Positions 24,735-37,857 of a stretch of 64,000 nucleotides of DNA are shown piece after piece. Origin of the DNA: Octopus vulgaris (lineage: Eukaryota); NCBI GenBank assembly GCA_951406725.2, contig OX597822.1:90148001-90212000 (forward strand), written 5' to 3'. Position 1 is the first letter of the stretch. The number at the start of each line of letters is the position of its first letter. Below the pieces are notes generated by a model. It was not told the DNA's origin, did not search any database, and saw nothing but the letters and a program-made list of their open reading frames with translations. The translations under genes and the position numbers were made by a program.

Positions 24735-25309
24735 ACTTTTCTGCAATGCATAGTAGAATACTAACTTGAAATATGTCACATAAACTGAAAGACTTCAGAT
24801 GATCCCACAATCAGGCTGCCTCCTTCAGATGCATAAAATACAATGAATATGTCCATGTAAAACAATGCAATTGAAGATAGAAAAATAAGTAGTGAGTGAA
24901 TATGCATATTTTAGGACATAAAACTTTTAGGACTTGTAAATCTTTAATATACTTGGTAATATATAATGGTTGCAAAACAAAATATGGCATCCCTACCAGT
25001 AATTAATATGTATGTATCAGTTGCCAGGAATAAGTTTAATATGTAAATTGGTCTATCAGATACTGTTACACCACTAAACTCAGTGGATATTTAAGCAATG
25101 AGTTCATGGATGGTTAATGGGTTGGATGCAGTGCTGAAGAAGAAGCAATAACTCTTGAAATATGCATTTCCTATTTTTCCATCTTTGATTGCATTGTTTA
25201 CATAGATGTATTCATATATGGAATGTTGTAACTTTCAGTACTGGTTCTATAATTCTCTATAAATTTGCAAAGATAAACTTAAAAGTGATATATATTTGTG
25301 ATCACTCCT

Positions 25310-25670
25310 AGCGTAGGAGTGGCTGTGTGGTAAGTAGCTTGCTTACCAACCACATGGTTCCGGGTTCAGTCCCATTGCGTGGCACCTTGGGCAAGTGTCT
25401 TCTACTATAGCCTCGGGCCAACCAAAGCCTTGTGAGTGGTAGACGGAAACTGAAAGAAGCCCGTCGTATATATGTATGTTTGTGTGTTGTGTTTATCCCC
25501 CCCAACATCGCTTGACAACTTAGTGATTCGGCAAAAGAGACCGATAGAATAAGTACTAGGCTTACAAAGAATAAATCCTGGGGTCGATTTGCTCGACTAA
25601 AGGCGGTGCTCCAGCATGGCCACAGTCAAATGACTGAAACAAGTAAATGAGAGAAAATGAGAATGAGTAA
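25310..25670 (+). mobile_element. tRNA-derived SINE
   Basis: Same family, small internal deletions. Confidence 0.88.
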
Positions 25671-26112
25671 ATTGAGAAGTCAAGACAAAAGCATACTCTT
25701 GTACACAGAGATATAAAAGCAAAATATTATTTATTCAGTGAAATATATTAAAACTTCAAGGCAGAAGTGACTACTTTCCAATCCATATCCATTTGGAATT
25801 TGTTGGGTACTGGCATATACAAAAACAACTCTTATGCCTGCTCAGAAGTCACCTTCTGTACCATAAATTCAGAGCCTGTATGCAAGAAAGTGAAGCTATA
25901 AAAAATTATTATTGATTTATAAAATGGGTGATAGGGACTGTAAGTATTGAATTGGTTGAGGACTCATCTCTCTTATCACATTCTAGTTGCCTTATTCAGG
26001 TATGTAGCACACACATACAATGTTCAGATGCATCCATCCACAAACACTTACACATGCTCTAACACACCTATGTACATATGCACACACATCAAATGTATAG
26101 GTCTTCAACCAC

Positions 26113-26154
<42 letters not shown>

Positions 26155-26291
26155 AAAGTAGGTTTGGGAAATATCAGAAACTTTTGAAAACAAAAAGTGG
26201 AAGCTTATGGATGCTGAATCATGTATTTGTGGGTAAAATTTTCTTTTAGTGTTAGTGAGGGCTGATATTTTCATCTTAGCATATAGTTACC

Positions 26292-26617
26292 ATTCTGATT
26301 CTTGTAAGTTTCTTAGTATTATGTACTTCTCTGCAATACATAGTAGAATACTAACTTGAAATATTTCACATAAACTGAAAGGCTTTTCAATCAGATGATC
26401 CTACAATCATGCTGCCTCCTTCAGATGCATAAAATAAAAATGGAATCCTCAAAACTTGCCAGCTAAATCTCTAAGTTAAAAGAGAGAGGCATAGTGTATG
26501 ACATAAATTGGATGGTTACTGGAAAATCAAAACCATACACGAATTATAACAAGACATGCAATCTCTACATTGCAGAAGAGAACATAGCACTAAGGAACTT
26601 ATGAAAGCCAAGATTAT
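26292..26617. mobile_element. Old MITE-like element; a partial copy lies at 24741-24840
   Basis: Imperfect ~48-bp inverted termini; ~100-bp direct similarity between 26331-26436 and 24741-24840. Confidence 0.5.
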
Positions 26618-26655
26618 ACCTAAGTGCTAAGTTGGAGATTCAAGGCCACTGCATA

Positions 26656-27843
26656 CGAGTTCCCAGACTAGTTCTGTAGTGTGCCAACAGATGGCAGCAC
26701 AAAGTTGCATGCATAGTGAGAGCTAGCAGGGACCTTCATGAGGCAGTGTGTTGAGTGATAATACTGTGTTTACTTCACAAGTTGTGAAATTTGTGTTTTT
26801 GTGATCACGTGTATATTAAAGTTGGAACAAAGAACTGAGGTGAAATTTTGCGTTAAACTTGGGAAGTCTGTTACAGAAACATTGAGCATGCTTCAGCAAG
26901 CTTGTAGTGACAAAGCAATGGGTCGTAGACAATGTTTTCAAGTGGCATGGGTGTTTCAAAAGAGGGAAAATGTCCCTGGAAGATGGTAATCAATCTGGAA
27001 GACCTGCCATGAGTGTCAACCCTGGAAATGTGGAGAAAATTCATCAGCTTGAGCATGAGGATCATCGGAGGACACTCAATGACATTGCAGATGTTGTTGG
27101 TCTGTCATATGAGTTTGTGCAGGCAATTCTAATGTCTGAATTGAACATGTGGCATGTCTCTGCTAAGTTTGTCTCCCACCTGCTGACCACTGAGCAGGAA
27201 GAACATCTGTCAGCATGCTACTGATGACCCATCCTTTATGTCAGGGATCATCCCCAGTGATGAGAATTACGTCTACGGGTATGACCCTGAGTCAGAGCAG
27301 CAGTCATCACAATGGAAGAACCCTTCATCTCCAAAACTGAAGAAGGCACGACAGAGCCGCAGCTCAATCAAGAGCATGCTCATTGTTTTTTATCAATATC
27401 TGTGGTATTGTGCATCGAGAATTGCCTTTCCCCCCCACTCACTCCTGGCCAAACTGTGATAATTTGAAGTGCTTGAGGAGGACATTCAGCAAAAATAACC
27501 AGATCTGTACAACATAAAAAATTGGATCCTTCACAATGACAATGCACCCTGTCACTGAGCTCTCCTTACTCATGAGTTTCTTGCCAGAAGCAACATGGTA
27601 TCACTTCCACACCTGTCCTGTTCACTAGATTTAACACCTGCAGACTTCCATCTCTTCCTCAAGATAAAAGTGCAGCTCAAAGGTTGCCATTTTAACACCA
27701 TTGTTGAGATCCAGAGCAAATCACAAAAGATCCTCAATTTACAGAAAATGGCTATTTTGAAGGAGACAATGTTAAAACTTAGGTAAATAAGTTATTTTTT
27801 TTATTAAACATAGCTGGTCTGGGAACTTTTTGATACCACCTCG
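26656..27843 (+). mobile_element. Mariner transposon, defective
   Basis: EQRTEVKFCVKLGKS..SGRP, SAKFVSHLLT, SDENYVYGYDPE, LHNDNAP, SLDLTPADFHLF. Right TIR GTCTGGGAACTTTTTGATACCACCTCG+TA; left TIR internally deleted. Confidence 0.9.
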
Positions 27844-28671
27844 TAAAAGAAAATTCAGATTCAGTTACTGGAAGCCTTCCATAAGATCCCTTTCTTGAAG
27901 GGTAAAAAAGGTTTATCTTTACTCTGTAAATCTTTTTCCTTGAATACAATTTTCAAAATTTTCCAGTTGACTTAAATTTTCTTCAAAATTTTTTCATTAT
28001 TTTCTTAAACAGCCTTTTAATGCCTCTCTTTTCTATATATCACACATACGTGTCTATCTGTTCTCCACCCACAATTTCATTGATTATTCCCCACTACTGG
28101 GTCAACAACTACCTCTGCTCTTTCCACCACATGCATCTCACCTTTCTTATGCTCTATGCCTGCCTCTCTCTTCCCCACCCACACATGCAACCTACTCAGT
28201 ATCACCCCTCTTTTGTCTTTCTCCTGTCTACTGTTTCATTATTGCTATTCTGATGTTCAGCATTTTTACTTATCTCCTACTCTCTCCCCTCACTCTCTAG
28301 CTCCACTTGACCAATTTTCACTCCTTTCTAAAATATGAGTAGTCATGTAGCATCTATCCAGCAAGAAACCTGTTTCTACTCTGTACTCCCTTGTCTAATA
28401 CCTTTAACCATTTTTAACCTTGATCTCCTGGCAAAAAGCTGCCCCCTCAAGGTTTGTAGTCCTGCACTAATGCTAGTTGTCCCCATCAAAAAAGAAAACA
28501 AAAACTCCACCCATTACATGCTGCAAAGTGGTTGGCATTAAGAAAGACATCCAGCTGTAGAGACCATGCCAAAGCTGACGCAGGAACAGGAGGCAGATCT
28601 TTGGCCCACTGATCATCAATCTATCCAACCCATGCCAGCATGGAATATGGACATTGAATGTTATATCTATC

Positions 28672-29050
28672 GGTGCAGGTATGGCTAAGTGGTAAGAAGT
28701 TTACTTCTCAACCACATGGTTCCAAGTTGCCCCAAAGCAAGTGTCTTCTACTTTTGTCTTAGGCCAACCAAAACCTTGTCAGTAGATTTAGTAGACAAAA
28801 ACTGAAAGAAGCCCAGTGTACACACACACGCATGCATGCATGTATGTATATATCTACGCATGTCTTTGTGTTTGTCTCTTACCACTACTTGACAACCAGT
28901 GTTGCTTTGTTTATGTCCCTGTAAATGGTTCAGCATAAGAAGCCATAGAATAAATATCAGTCTTTATCAGAAAATAAGTATTGGGGTCCTTTTAAGGCAG
29001 TGCCCAAGCTTTGCCACAGTCCAATGACTGAAACAAGTAAATGGTAAAAG
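28672..29050 (+). mobile_element. tRNA-derived SINE, older copy; an RTE tail remnant precedes it at ~28500-28660
   Basis: Degenerate match to the family consensus. Confidence 0.75.
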
Positions 29051-30047
29051 GTGTATATATATATACACACAAATACCTTTTGTTCATGGAGATTAGTAGC
29101 TCATAGCTATTCATATGTATTCAAACTAGATTTCAGTTAAACTGGTTAGTGCATAAATTATATCATAAGCTAAATTTATTTTCTGCTAATATTTGCACTT
29201 TTCTATATCCAATCTCATAGATAGCATACAACTCAAATTTTCAATTATTTGAACTTATTTGAAAATTGTGCTATATTCAATATCAACACTATATTTTTGC
29301 TAGTATTGCAAGTTCAACCTTTAGGAGTTTCCTAAATTAATCACAGGAAAATCATTAAAATATGATTTAAATAAATATTGAATTGTGATTTGTAGTTTCG
29401 TGTTCAACATAAATATAATGAAGTGTAAACATTAACAAATATTAAATTCAAAAACCAAAACAGTAAATCTATTTGGAAAAACTTTCTGACCACCGTTAAA
29501 GCATATAGAAAGGAATCAAGCAATTAAGGCTAAGAAACAAACATACTTAATACCAAGAACGTGCAACCTTTAGATGGTTTGCATTTCATTAAGCTCATAC
29601 AGACAAGGAACAAACAACATACCAATGAAGAAAGAATAAACAAAACAATAACACAGCTGGAAATTTGTAATATTTTTTTAAAAAACATTGATACAAAATC
29701 TTGCAACATTAATTTTTAGGTATACACCAATTTCTTGATCATAACTTGCATTTCTTGCTTTGTAAGGAAATACTGAGTGATAACGTAACGAGAAATATGT
29801 TCTCAAATGGTTGTTAAGATTGATATTTAGCTGACTGAAGTATATGCATGTTTTGTAGAACCTCACAACTTAGTTTATTATACGTTGTATATGGTTCGAT
29901 AATGAAACAATATAAATTACTCTTTGTTCATTAAATACTAACTGTAGTTGTAAGGAAACTACTATTGTTACAATTTTATCAACTTTTTCCATTTCATTTT
30001 CTTTTAATAAATGGAACAAAGAAATTGGCAATGGCTATTAGACCAGA

Positions 30048-30293
30048 TCACATAACAACACAACTCTTCACTACATCCTTTCGCAGTTGTGACTTTGTAT
30101 CATTTAATCCACTAAATCTCTTCCGTCGCATGAAAGATCTTTGTCGTTTGAAGTTAGGTGCTTCAGTAGAATTTTTGTTTCCAGCAGAAGAAAGTGCTGC
30201 AATCTCTATTACATCACCAACACTCCTTTGAGAAGATTTAGATGTTGTTTCAGAGTAGGCAAGAGCACCAATATGTTTTCCTGCTTTTAATCC
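30048..30293 (-). CDS. Rnd/RhoE-like GTPase exon 5 (last): GLKAGKHIGALAYSETTSK..LRKDVVKSCVVM*
   Basis: Acceptor TTTTATAG|; 246 nt in frame; ends in CaaX box CVVM resembling the Rnd3 tail LRKDKAKSCTVM; AATAAA at 29879-29874. Confidence 0.92.
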   Translation of the reverse strand, partial: GLKAGKHIGALAYSETTSKSSQRSVGDVIEIAALSSAGNKNSTEAPNFKRQRSFMRRKRFSGLNDTKSQLRKDVVKSCVVM

Positions 30294-30797
30294 CTATAAA
30301 AAAAGAACATCATTATTTAATTCTTTTGAAGATGAATATATAAATATGTATGTAGTGTTTAGGTCTACTAGTAAAAACTATATATTAACATATATTCATA
30401 GCATATATAAATATAACATTTCGAAAATATTTTTTATATGTATTATGATGATGATGATGATTAGTCAGGAAGAAAGAAAAATACCAAATTCTCTTAGACT
30501 AGTGAAATTGATAAGATTGATGTTCAATTTGGATATTTTTAAGTAGGGAAAACATAGGTGGAAAATGAATTCCAAAGGGATGACATTCAACAAAGAGAGG
30601 ATTAGCGTAGGATAGTCATTGGTTTCGTCAACTTCTTAATTGATTTATTTATATGTTGTTGCAACAGCTAGAAACCATTGGATATATGTGATGATGCCAG
30701 CAAAATCAACTCTTTGCTTATTTTATATATATATTGTCTTACACTAAGAAGCAGTGCACAGGATCAAGATTTTTGGCTTGAGTCAAATGTAACAAAT

Positions 30798-31815
30798 GAG
30801 GTAGTAGATAGCTTCCATTATCTAGGTGTCCAAGTTAGTAGTGGAGGTGGATACTCCAAAAGCATAGCTGTGAGGAATAAGATTAGGCTTGGCAAAGTTC
30901 AGAGAGCTCCTACCTCTGCTGGCAACAAAAAGCCTCTCTCTCAGAGTGAAATGCAGATTGTTTGATGTCTGTGTGCAAATAGCTATGCTACATGGCAGTG
31001 AAACATGGGTTGTGACAGCCAAAGACATGTGTAGGCTTGAAAGAAATGAAGCCAGTATGGTTTGCTAGATATGCAATGTCAGTGTGCATGTTCAATGCAG
31101 TGTAAGCATCTTGAGAGAAAAGTTAGGCATAAGAGGCATCAGATGTGGTGTGCAAAAGAGATGACTGCACTGGTATGGCCATGTGATGTGTATGGATGAG
31201 GACAGCTGTGTAAAGAAGTGGCAATCTTTAACTGTGGAAGGAACCTGTGATAGAGGGTAGACCCAGGAAGATATGGGACAAGGTGGTGAAGCATTATCTT
31301 TGAACCTCACAGAGGCAATGACTAGTGACTGAGACCTTTGGCGATGTACTGTGCTTGAGAGGACCCATCAAACCAAGTGAAATCATAGTTGTGGTAACTG
31401 GCACCTGTTGGCCAGTAAAGAGCACCATTCGAATGTTGGGCCTCATGGAGGCAAAGTGGCTAAGTTCCTTTCGAGCGTTGGGCCTCACGGGGGCAATGGC
31501 CAAGATCTTTGGCATTACATCATGCTTGATAAGAAGACCCATCAAGCCGAGCAAAATCGCAGTTGTGGAAGATATGAGTGTCATGCAAGTGGCACTTGTG
31601 CTGGTGGCATGTAAAAGCACCCCAATGTCACACAAATGGCACCCATGGTGGCGGAACGTAAAAGTACCCATTACACTCAGATTGGTTGGCATTAGGAAGG
31701 GCTTCCAGCCGTAGAAAACCATGCCAAATCAGACTGGAGCCTGATGCAGCAGCGTGCCAGCCCAGTCAAACTGTCCAACCCATGTCCACAGGGACAATGA
31801 ATGATGATGATGATG
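30798..31815 (+). mobile_element. Older RTE LINE 3' fragment
   Basis: FHYLG, LHGSETW, 3' UTR with GGTGGCATGTAAAAGCACC modules, (GAT)n tail. Confidence 0.85.
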
Positions 31816-32016
31816 TGTGCACGTATGTATATATATATGTGTGCATGTATGCATATAAATATATATGTATAAGCAGACAGATAGAGAGTGAATTAAAGAA
31901 GGAAGCGAGAAAGGTAGGCTGAAATATGCATAATGCAAGGTATGAAAAGTAGAACATTTGTGTTTATTGTACATAATTTCAAATTTGTGAATGAGTGTGC
32001 TATTGAAAGAACTTAA

Positions 32017-32223
32017 CCCTTTAGTGTTCGCATTATTCTGCCAAAATCAATGCTTCTTCATTCACATTGTTTTGAATTAATCATGCATTATCTTGCAGCT
32101 ATGAGATTTTGATGAGGTAGCTGTTAATTTTTAAAACGATAATGTAGGGTTGATCTGGCCAGTTTGACCATAAAACAGGCAGAATACTTTTGGCCGGATA
32201 TGGCCAGTTTAAATGCTAAAGGG
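32017..32223. mobile_element. piggyBac-type MITE (207 bp)
   Basis: TTAA TSD on both sides; termini CCCTTTAG / CTAAAGGG. Confidence 0.85.
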
Positions 32224-32285
32224 TTAATACTTAAAAATGTCAAGTTGGAATTGCTGAGAGAATTGTCTGAAAATTATTTCCTTAC

Positions 32286-32420
32286 TTGATCATAAGAAAC
32301 CATGATTTGCTTTTTCTTTGCCAAGGCTGATATACACTGCAGGTCTGATCGTAAGTCTGTTTTACATCCAACGAGCATAATGGGTTGACTTGGACAGTGT
32401 TCTCGAACTTCAGGAAACCA
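32286..32420 (-). CDS. Rnd-like GTPase exon 4: WFPEVREHCPSQPIMLVGCKTDLRSDLQCISALAKKKQIMVSYDQ
   Basis: AG/GT boundaries, 135 nt, G4 motif CKTD and Rho insert helix. Confidence 0.93.
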
Positions 32421-33019
32421 CTAGCATACAGAAATGAACTTTTTGAATTAGTTATTGAAACACAAGATTGATTGATAATTTCCTTTTGGGAGAAAAAAGT
32501 TTTGCCAGCAGATTAGTTAAAAATATAATTCTCAAAGATATGATGTACACAACAGTGTTGAGAAAACTTGGTAAAATATATATTAATTCCTAAGATAATT
32601 TTATTAAATGAGAAAATTACTCTGGATATATTGATAATAAACAAAAACTAAAGCACAAATAACTTTATATTTTGTACTGAAGAAGTGGTTTCATAATTGG
32701 ATGAAAAGAAGGATGCCCTAATATATTTAAGGAACAAATCAACAACAGAAGACTATTTTGTAAAGCTACTGATACAATCTGAAAGATTTGGTGGGGGTAA
32801 AATGAGATACCAAGAGTGAAAAAAATTCAAATGTGTAATATCAGAATGTGAGTGAGATACATAGAATTAATTAAGGACAAATGTCATAGGGTGAAGAAAA
32901 GAAGAACAAAACATATTCATCACTAAAAAATGAGAAATTTAATGAAGTATTAGAAAACATATTTTGCAACAATTTGTTAAAAAATTTAAAAGAACAGCAA
33001 AACCCAGACTAATCTCTTA

Positions 33020-33620
33020 GACAATTTCGCTGGCAATATCCCTTATGTAAGGCAATGCCAGCCAACAAGTAAAGATTATAAATGTTTGTATGCAATAAGG
33101 TTTCGGATCTGTTGGTTTCAGAAGACCAAGGACCTGCGGCTGGAGAATTTTGTGTCAGCTGATGATTGTGGTGCAGCATCTGTTGTGGCTATACAGGCAA
33201 ACACAGGAATTGCAGTCTCACATGCAGCAACTGCATTCAAGGAAGTTCTCCACCAGTGCTACTGATTTTTCCTTTCTTTAAGCAAGCTTTTCTTCAGTGG
33301 CAAGTTCCAGTTTCTCTTCCCCTTGCTCTGTCTCCTTGTGTAATATGTCTCCAGGATGGGCAATCATTTGGAACCTCCTCCCATCTCAGGATATCTAGAT
33401 CTATTGACTTGTGTCTTTCTTGCAGATGTCCTCCTCATGCTCTTATACTGGTGGCCAATTTCCCATATAGGAGGTCTTTTGGGATCCTTCTGTCCAACTT
33501 ATGATGTATGTGAGCAAACCAGCACAGATGGCACTGTTGGAGTAGGGTGAATATGCTGGGTGTCTTGGCATGGTTTAGGACTTCAATGTTGGTGACTCAG
33601 TCAAGTGAACACATAGCCAA
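33020..33620 (-). mobile_element. Old RTE-like LINE 3' remnant
   Basis: Degenerate C-terminal RTE-type coding sequence. Confidence 0.45.
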
Positions 33621-34699
33621 TGTATAACTGAAATAGGTTCAGTAACTGGTAAGTAAATGCTTGTTACTTCAGAAATGAAAAGCATATGTCAACTTTCTAT
33701 ATAAAAAAAAGGTCAGGACCTGAACTGAAACACTTGTTTACACATGTTACTTACACACTTGACTGAACTCTAAGCAATAACGATTCCATCAAAATCTTCT
33801 CACAATAACTTTCAATTAATTCACACCCTACAAAACATACTTTGCTTATCTTCCTCTATCCTGTTCACTACACATCTTCCCAGACCTACTTACATCACAC
33901 CAATTATCATGAACCTATTCCATAAAAAAAAAAACTTACAAAAGATTATCTAAAGTCAAAAAGAACCCAAATATAGTAAAGTTTGATGAAAGTGAACAAG
34001 CCAAAACTTCAAAGTTACTGCCAACCTTTTCCTTTTAAAAGTTTAATAAACACACACTCACTGAGTGATCCTTTAGTTTAATATTAAATAATTTTATATA
34101 TAATTTGACATAAAAACAAGCATTAATACACATGACAGTACTGAACAATGAGAATGAGTGCTCCACACCACATTTGATGGATAAATATTCTTTATTTGTG
34201 GACTAACAATGCTATCAATGATTTTATGAGAAAAGAATTTACGCAATTTTCAAGCCACTAAAAGATACTGGTAATTGCTTCCATTTTAGATAAGAATACA
34301 CAAGGCTACATGATACTATGTAGGACTTCAAAATGAATACACAGTTGAGATGCAACTTTTTAAATGTTATTTCATAATTGTTATTTCCCTTATGTTGGCC
34401 CTGGGATTTTGCAAAAATTTGTATTCAACACAGATTTACATTATGTGAAAATGTTTGTGCATACTCTTATATATAAATATATATGAATTTATACTAAGGT
34501 ATCCAGCATGCATTTTATGGATGTATGTGCATGTGTATCTTATCATTTATGGGGCTTTCACAGGTTTTAAATATAAATTAGTCTATAAAGTTGTAAGTTT
34601 ATTAACACATGTTTTGTAAATCATGTGATGCCTGCAATATATGTTATGCATGTGCTGTACATGTGTGCCATTTAGAATTCCAGTACGAATTCCTGGGAG

Positions 34700-35470
34700 T
34701 ATATGTCTATTATGAATATTACACATATAAGTAATATCCAAAATTTATCTGTTAATGTCATGATGTTTAATTTCTCTGTGATACAGAAGTTGCATTAGCT
34801 GCCTCATCCCTTATATTTGCTAGCCTTAGCTCTGATACTCCAGTTTATACAGGGATTGTCCAACCCCTGTCTTTAAGATTTCATATCTTATTGAGTAAAG
34901 ATATTGCATGTCATTTGTTCTTATCCCTAAACAAAGTCAAGTTGTGTCTTTCATTCATTAAAGATATTTCTAGTCATTCCTATGTAAGTTTCATGGTACC
35001 ATTCATGTCAGTAATGTTAGCCTAGTACAGTTCTTTTTCCCAACACATATTGTTCAAAGGAAGTTGTTGAGGGATTTACAATTACAAGATTTATAAAGAT
35101 GTTCCTCATATTGTTAGTCTTATTGTGATTGAAGATTGTAGATCTTATGTTGGAGAGGCTACTATAGCTAACTTTAACAATGTTTCTATCAAAGATCTTT
35201 TGATATTTTTGCAAGCGTGAGTAGTGGGTATCTATAAGTTTCAGAAATCATCAAGTTTACATTTGTGGTCACATTCATACTATATAAAGGATTATACCAT
35301 ATTTTCCTGTGGCTACATCTTTTTGGCTTATTTATGTTTCTTTGATATAGGTTTTATTGTTCTTAAATTATATCTTTCAAACGTGAATTTGTAATATGGG
35401 GCTACCTCTTAAAAAAATTTACTTATTCATATGCTAAAATAGTGTAAACTCTTTCTAGAAACAAATTATG
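34700..35470 (-). mobile_element. Naiad-like Penelope remnant
   Basis: KYQKIFDRNIVKVSYSSLSNIRSTIFNHNK. Confidence 0.7.
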
Positions 35471-35846
35471 CAGCCCCGTTTCCAACTTAAACTGTTGACT
35501 CAATAAATAAAAAGTATGTAGCCTAAAACCATAGGGACAAAATCCAGTTTACAAAGACTTGCTTCATACCCTTGCTTACACTGCTGAAAATAGGGAAAAT
35601 GACTTGAAAGAAGACAGACAACTTGAATCCAGAGAATGAGAATCAGCATTCTACAATATGATAAGCATTCTAAATGGAAAAGAAACAGTTGTTTCAAGTT
35701 CAAACTGAGGCAGCGTTTTGCTACATATACATATAGCTATACATAAATATGTCCATGCAGGTAGATATACGCACATATACACATCCAGACATACATGTAT
35801 ATGGATATACATAAATCCATATATATGTGTGCATGTATGTATGTAT

Positions 35847-36009
35847 AGGCACAGAAGTGGCTGTGTGGAAAGAAGCTTGCTTCCCAACCACATGGCTTTG
35901 GGTTTTGTTCCACTGCATGTCACTATGGGCAAGTGTCTTCTACTATAGCCTTGGGCTGACCAAATTCTTGTGAGTGGATTTGGAAGACAGAAACTGAAAA
36001 GAAGCCCAT

Positions 36010-36048
<39 letters not shown>

Positions 36049-36250
36049 GTGTCTTTGTTTGTCCCCCATCACCACTTGACAACCAGTGTGGGTGTGTTTA
36101 CGTCCCTGTAACTTAGTGGTACAACAAAAGAGACTAATGAAATAAGTTTTAGGCTTAAGAAAAAGCCCTGGGGTCAATTTGTTCAACTAAAACTCTTCAA
36201 AGTGGTGGTCCAGTATGGCCACAGTCAAATGACTGAAATGAGTAAAAGAA
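35847..36250 (+). mobile_element. tRNA-derived SINE
   Basis: Family match. Confidence 0.85.
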
Positions 36251-36876
36251 TATGTATGTATTATGTACAACACAATGTATAATGGTCATTACATATTTTT
36301 TCTTTATTGCAGCAAATTTGGCTTACAGCTGTTACCAGTAGTCATTATATACCTGTTACTGAGAGGTTTGTTTACTCAATCAATCTATTGATCAGTTGAG
36401 AAAAATCGAACGATCTAAAAAAAATTAGTGCTACTTTCAACAGAGCCATTTCTGGTCATAACAAAGTAGAAAACTGCAGAGACGGTACAAGCATGGGGGG
36501 AACAGTGATGAACTATAAGCTCTGACCCTGCCATTAGAATACACAGAGTTCTTTACTAATCTAAACAATATTGTTATTCTAGTGTCCTAAGAGAGAGCTT
36601 ATGAAGTATTTTGCCCAGACTGATAATTCCTCACAAACAACTATTTTAATATAATGGAAAATTTACATATAGACATATCACTCTAAGACATACCTCTACC
36701 ACCTAAGAAGGAGCTACTAAAGTCCCTGATAAAAAACAAAACAAAAAAACAATGCGATTATAAGAAGAATGAGGTGGAAAGCAAACTGGTGTGATATTAA
36801 CACTAAAACAAAAGTAGACTGGAAAAGTGAATTTAGAAGCAGAGGTAACCCACCTATCAACCCTTGTATGGCTAAA

Positions 36877-36942
36877 TTTTAGGAAGAGCTGTAGAACATT
36901 TTAGGAAGGGCTGTAGAACATTTTAGGAAGGGCTGTAGAACA
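36877..36942. repeat. 22-bp tandem repeat x3 (TTTTAGGAAGGGCTGTAGAACA)
   Basis: Direct reading. Confidence 0.9.
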
Positions 36943-37147
36943 TAGTTAGGAACATCAAGTTCCACAAACACCCACTAAGACAGAACCTACACCTCAGGAA
37001 ATTACACTAAATAACTAAAGAAAGTAAAAGCAAACCTGGAGAACATTCAGATAAAACAAGGAATGTCTACCACATGGATTATAAGGATTACAACAGCTTA
37101 ATCAGAAAGGAGATTTTAAAGGATGATAGGATTATAATGGAACATAC

Positions 37148-37506
37148 ATCATCATCATTTAGCATCCGTTTTCCATGCTAGCATGGGTTGGACGGTTCAA
37201 CTGGGGTCTGTGAAGCCAGAAGGCTTCATCAGGCCCAGTCAGATCTGGCAGTGTTTCTACGGCTGGATGCCCTTCCTAACGCCAACCACTCCATGAGTGT
37301 AGTGGGTGCTTTTTATGTGCCACCCGCACAGGAGCCAGACGGAGCTGGCAAATGGCCACGAATGGATGGTGCTTTTACATGCCACCGGCACGGGGGCCAG
37401 GCGAGGCTGGCAACGGACACGAACGGATGGTGCTTTTACATGCCACCGGCACGGAGGCCAGTCGGGGCGGCGCTGGCAATGGTCACGAACGGATGGTGCT
37501 TTTTAC
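37148..37506 (-). mobile_element. RTE 3' UTR-only insertion (young family)
   Basis: Matches 3013-3380, including the array. Confidence 0.92.
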
Positions 37507-37598
37507 CTTACTTAATATTAATAAGGCAAGTAAAATGGATAATGTATGAACTCAGTATAGATGATAGAACAGAGCTGTACAAACCTAACACACCAAGG

Positions 37599-37857
37599 GG
37601 GCAGGGACTAATGCAGTTTTGCATTTCAAATAATGCAGTTTCTTGCATATCCCGAATCTCCATCATAGGGGAAAAAAATTTCGAAAAAGTTCAAAATTTT
37701 AAATGGGAGTGGTGGTGGTGGTGGGGTGGGTGGTTGTTTAAGAAAAGTTTTTTTTTTTGCATATTCATAATCTCCAACATCTAAAACATAAGAATTTGCA
37801 AAAAACTTTTCAAAAAAATGCATTTTTCAAGGAGAGGTGCAAAACTGAATTAGCCCC
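37599..37857. mobile_element. MITE with 8-bp TSD CACCAAGG (Merlin- or hAT-like)
   Basis: CACCAAGG at 37591-37598 and 37858-37865; TIR ..CTAATGCAGTTTTGCA / TGCAAAACTGAATTAGCCCC. Confidence 0.75.
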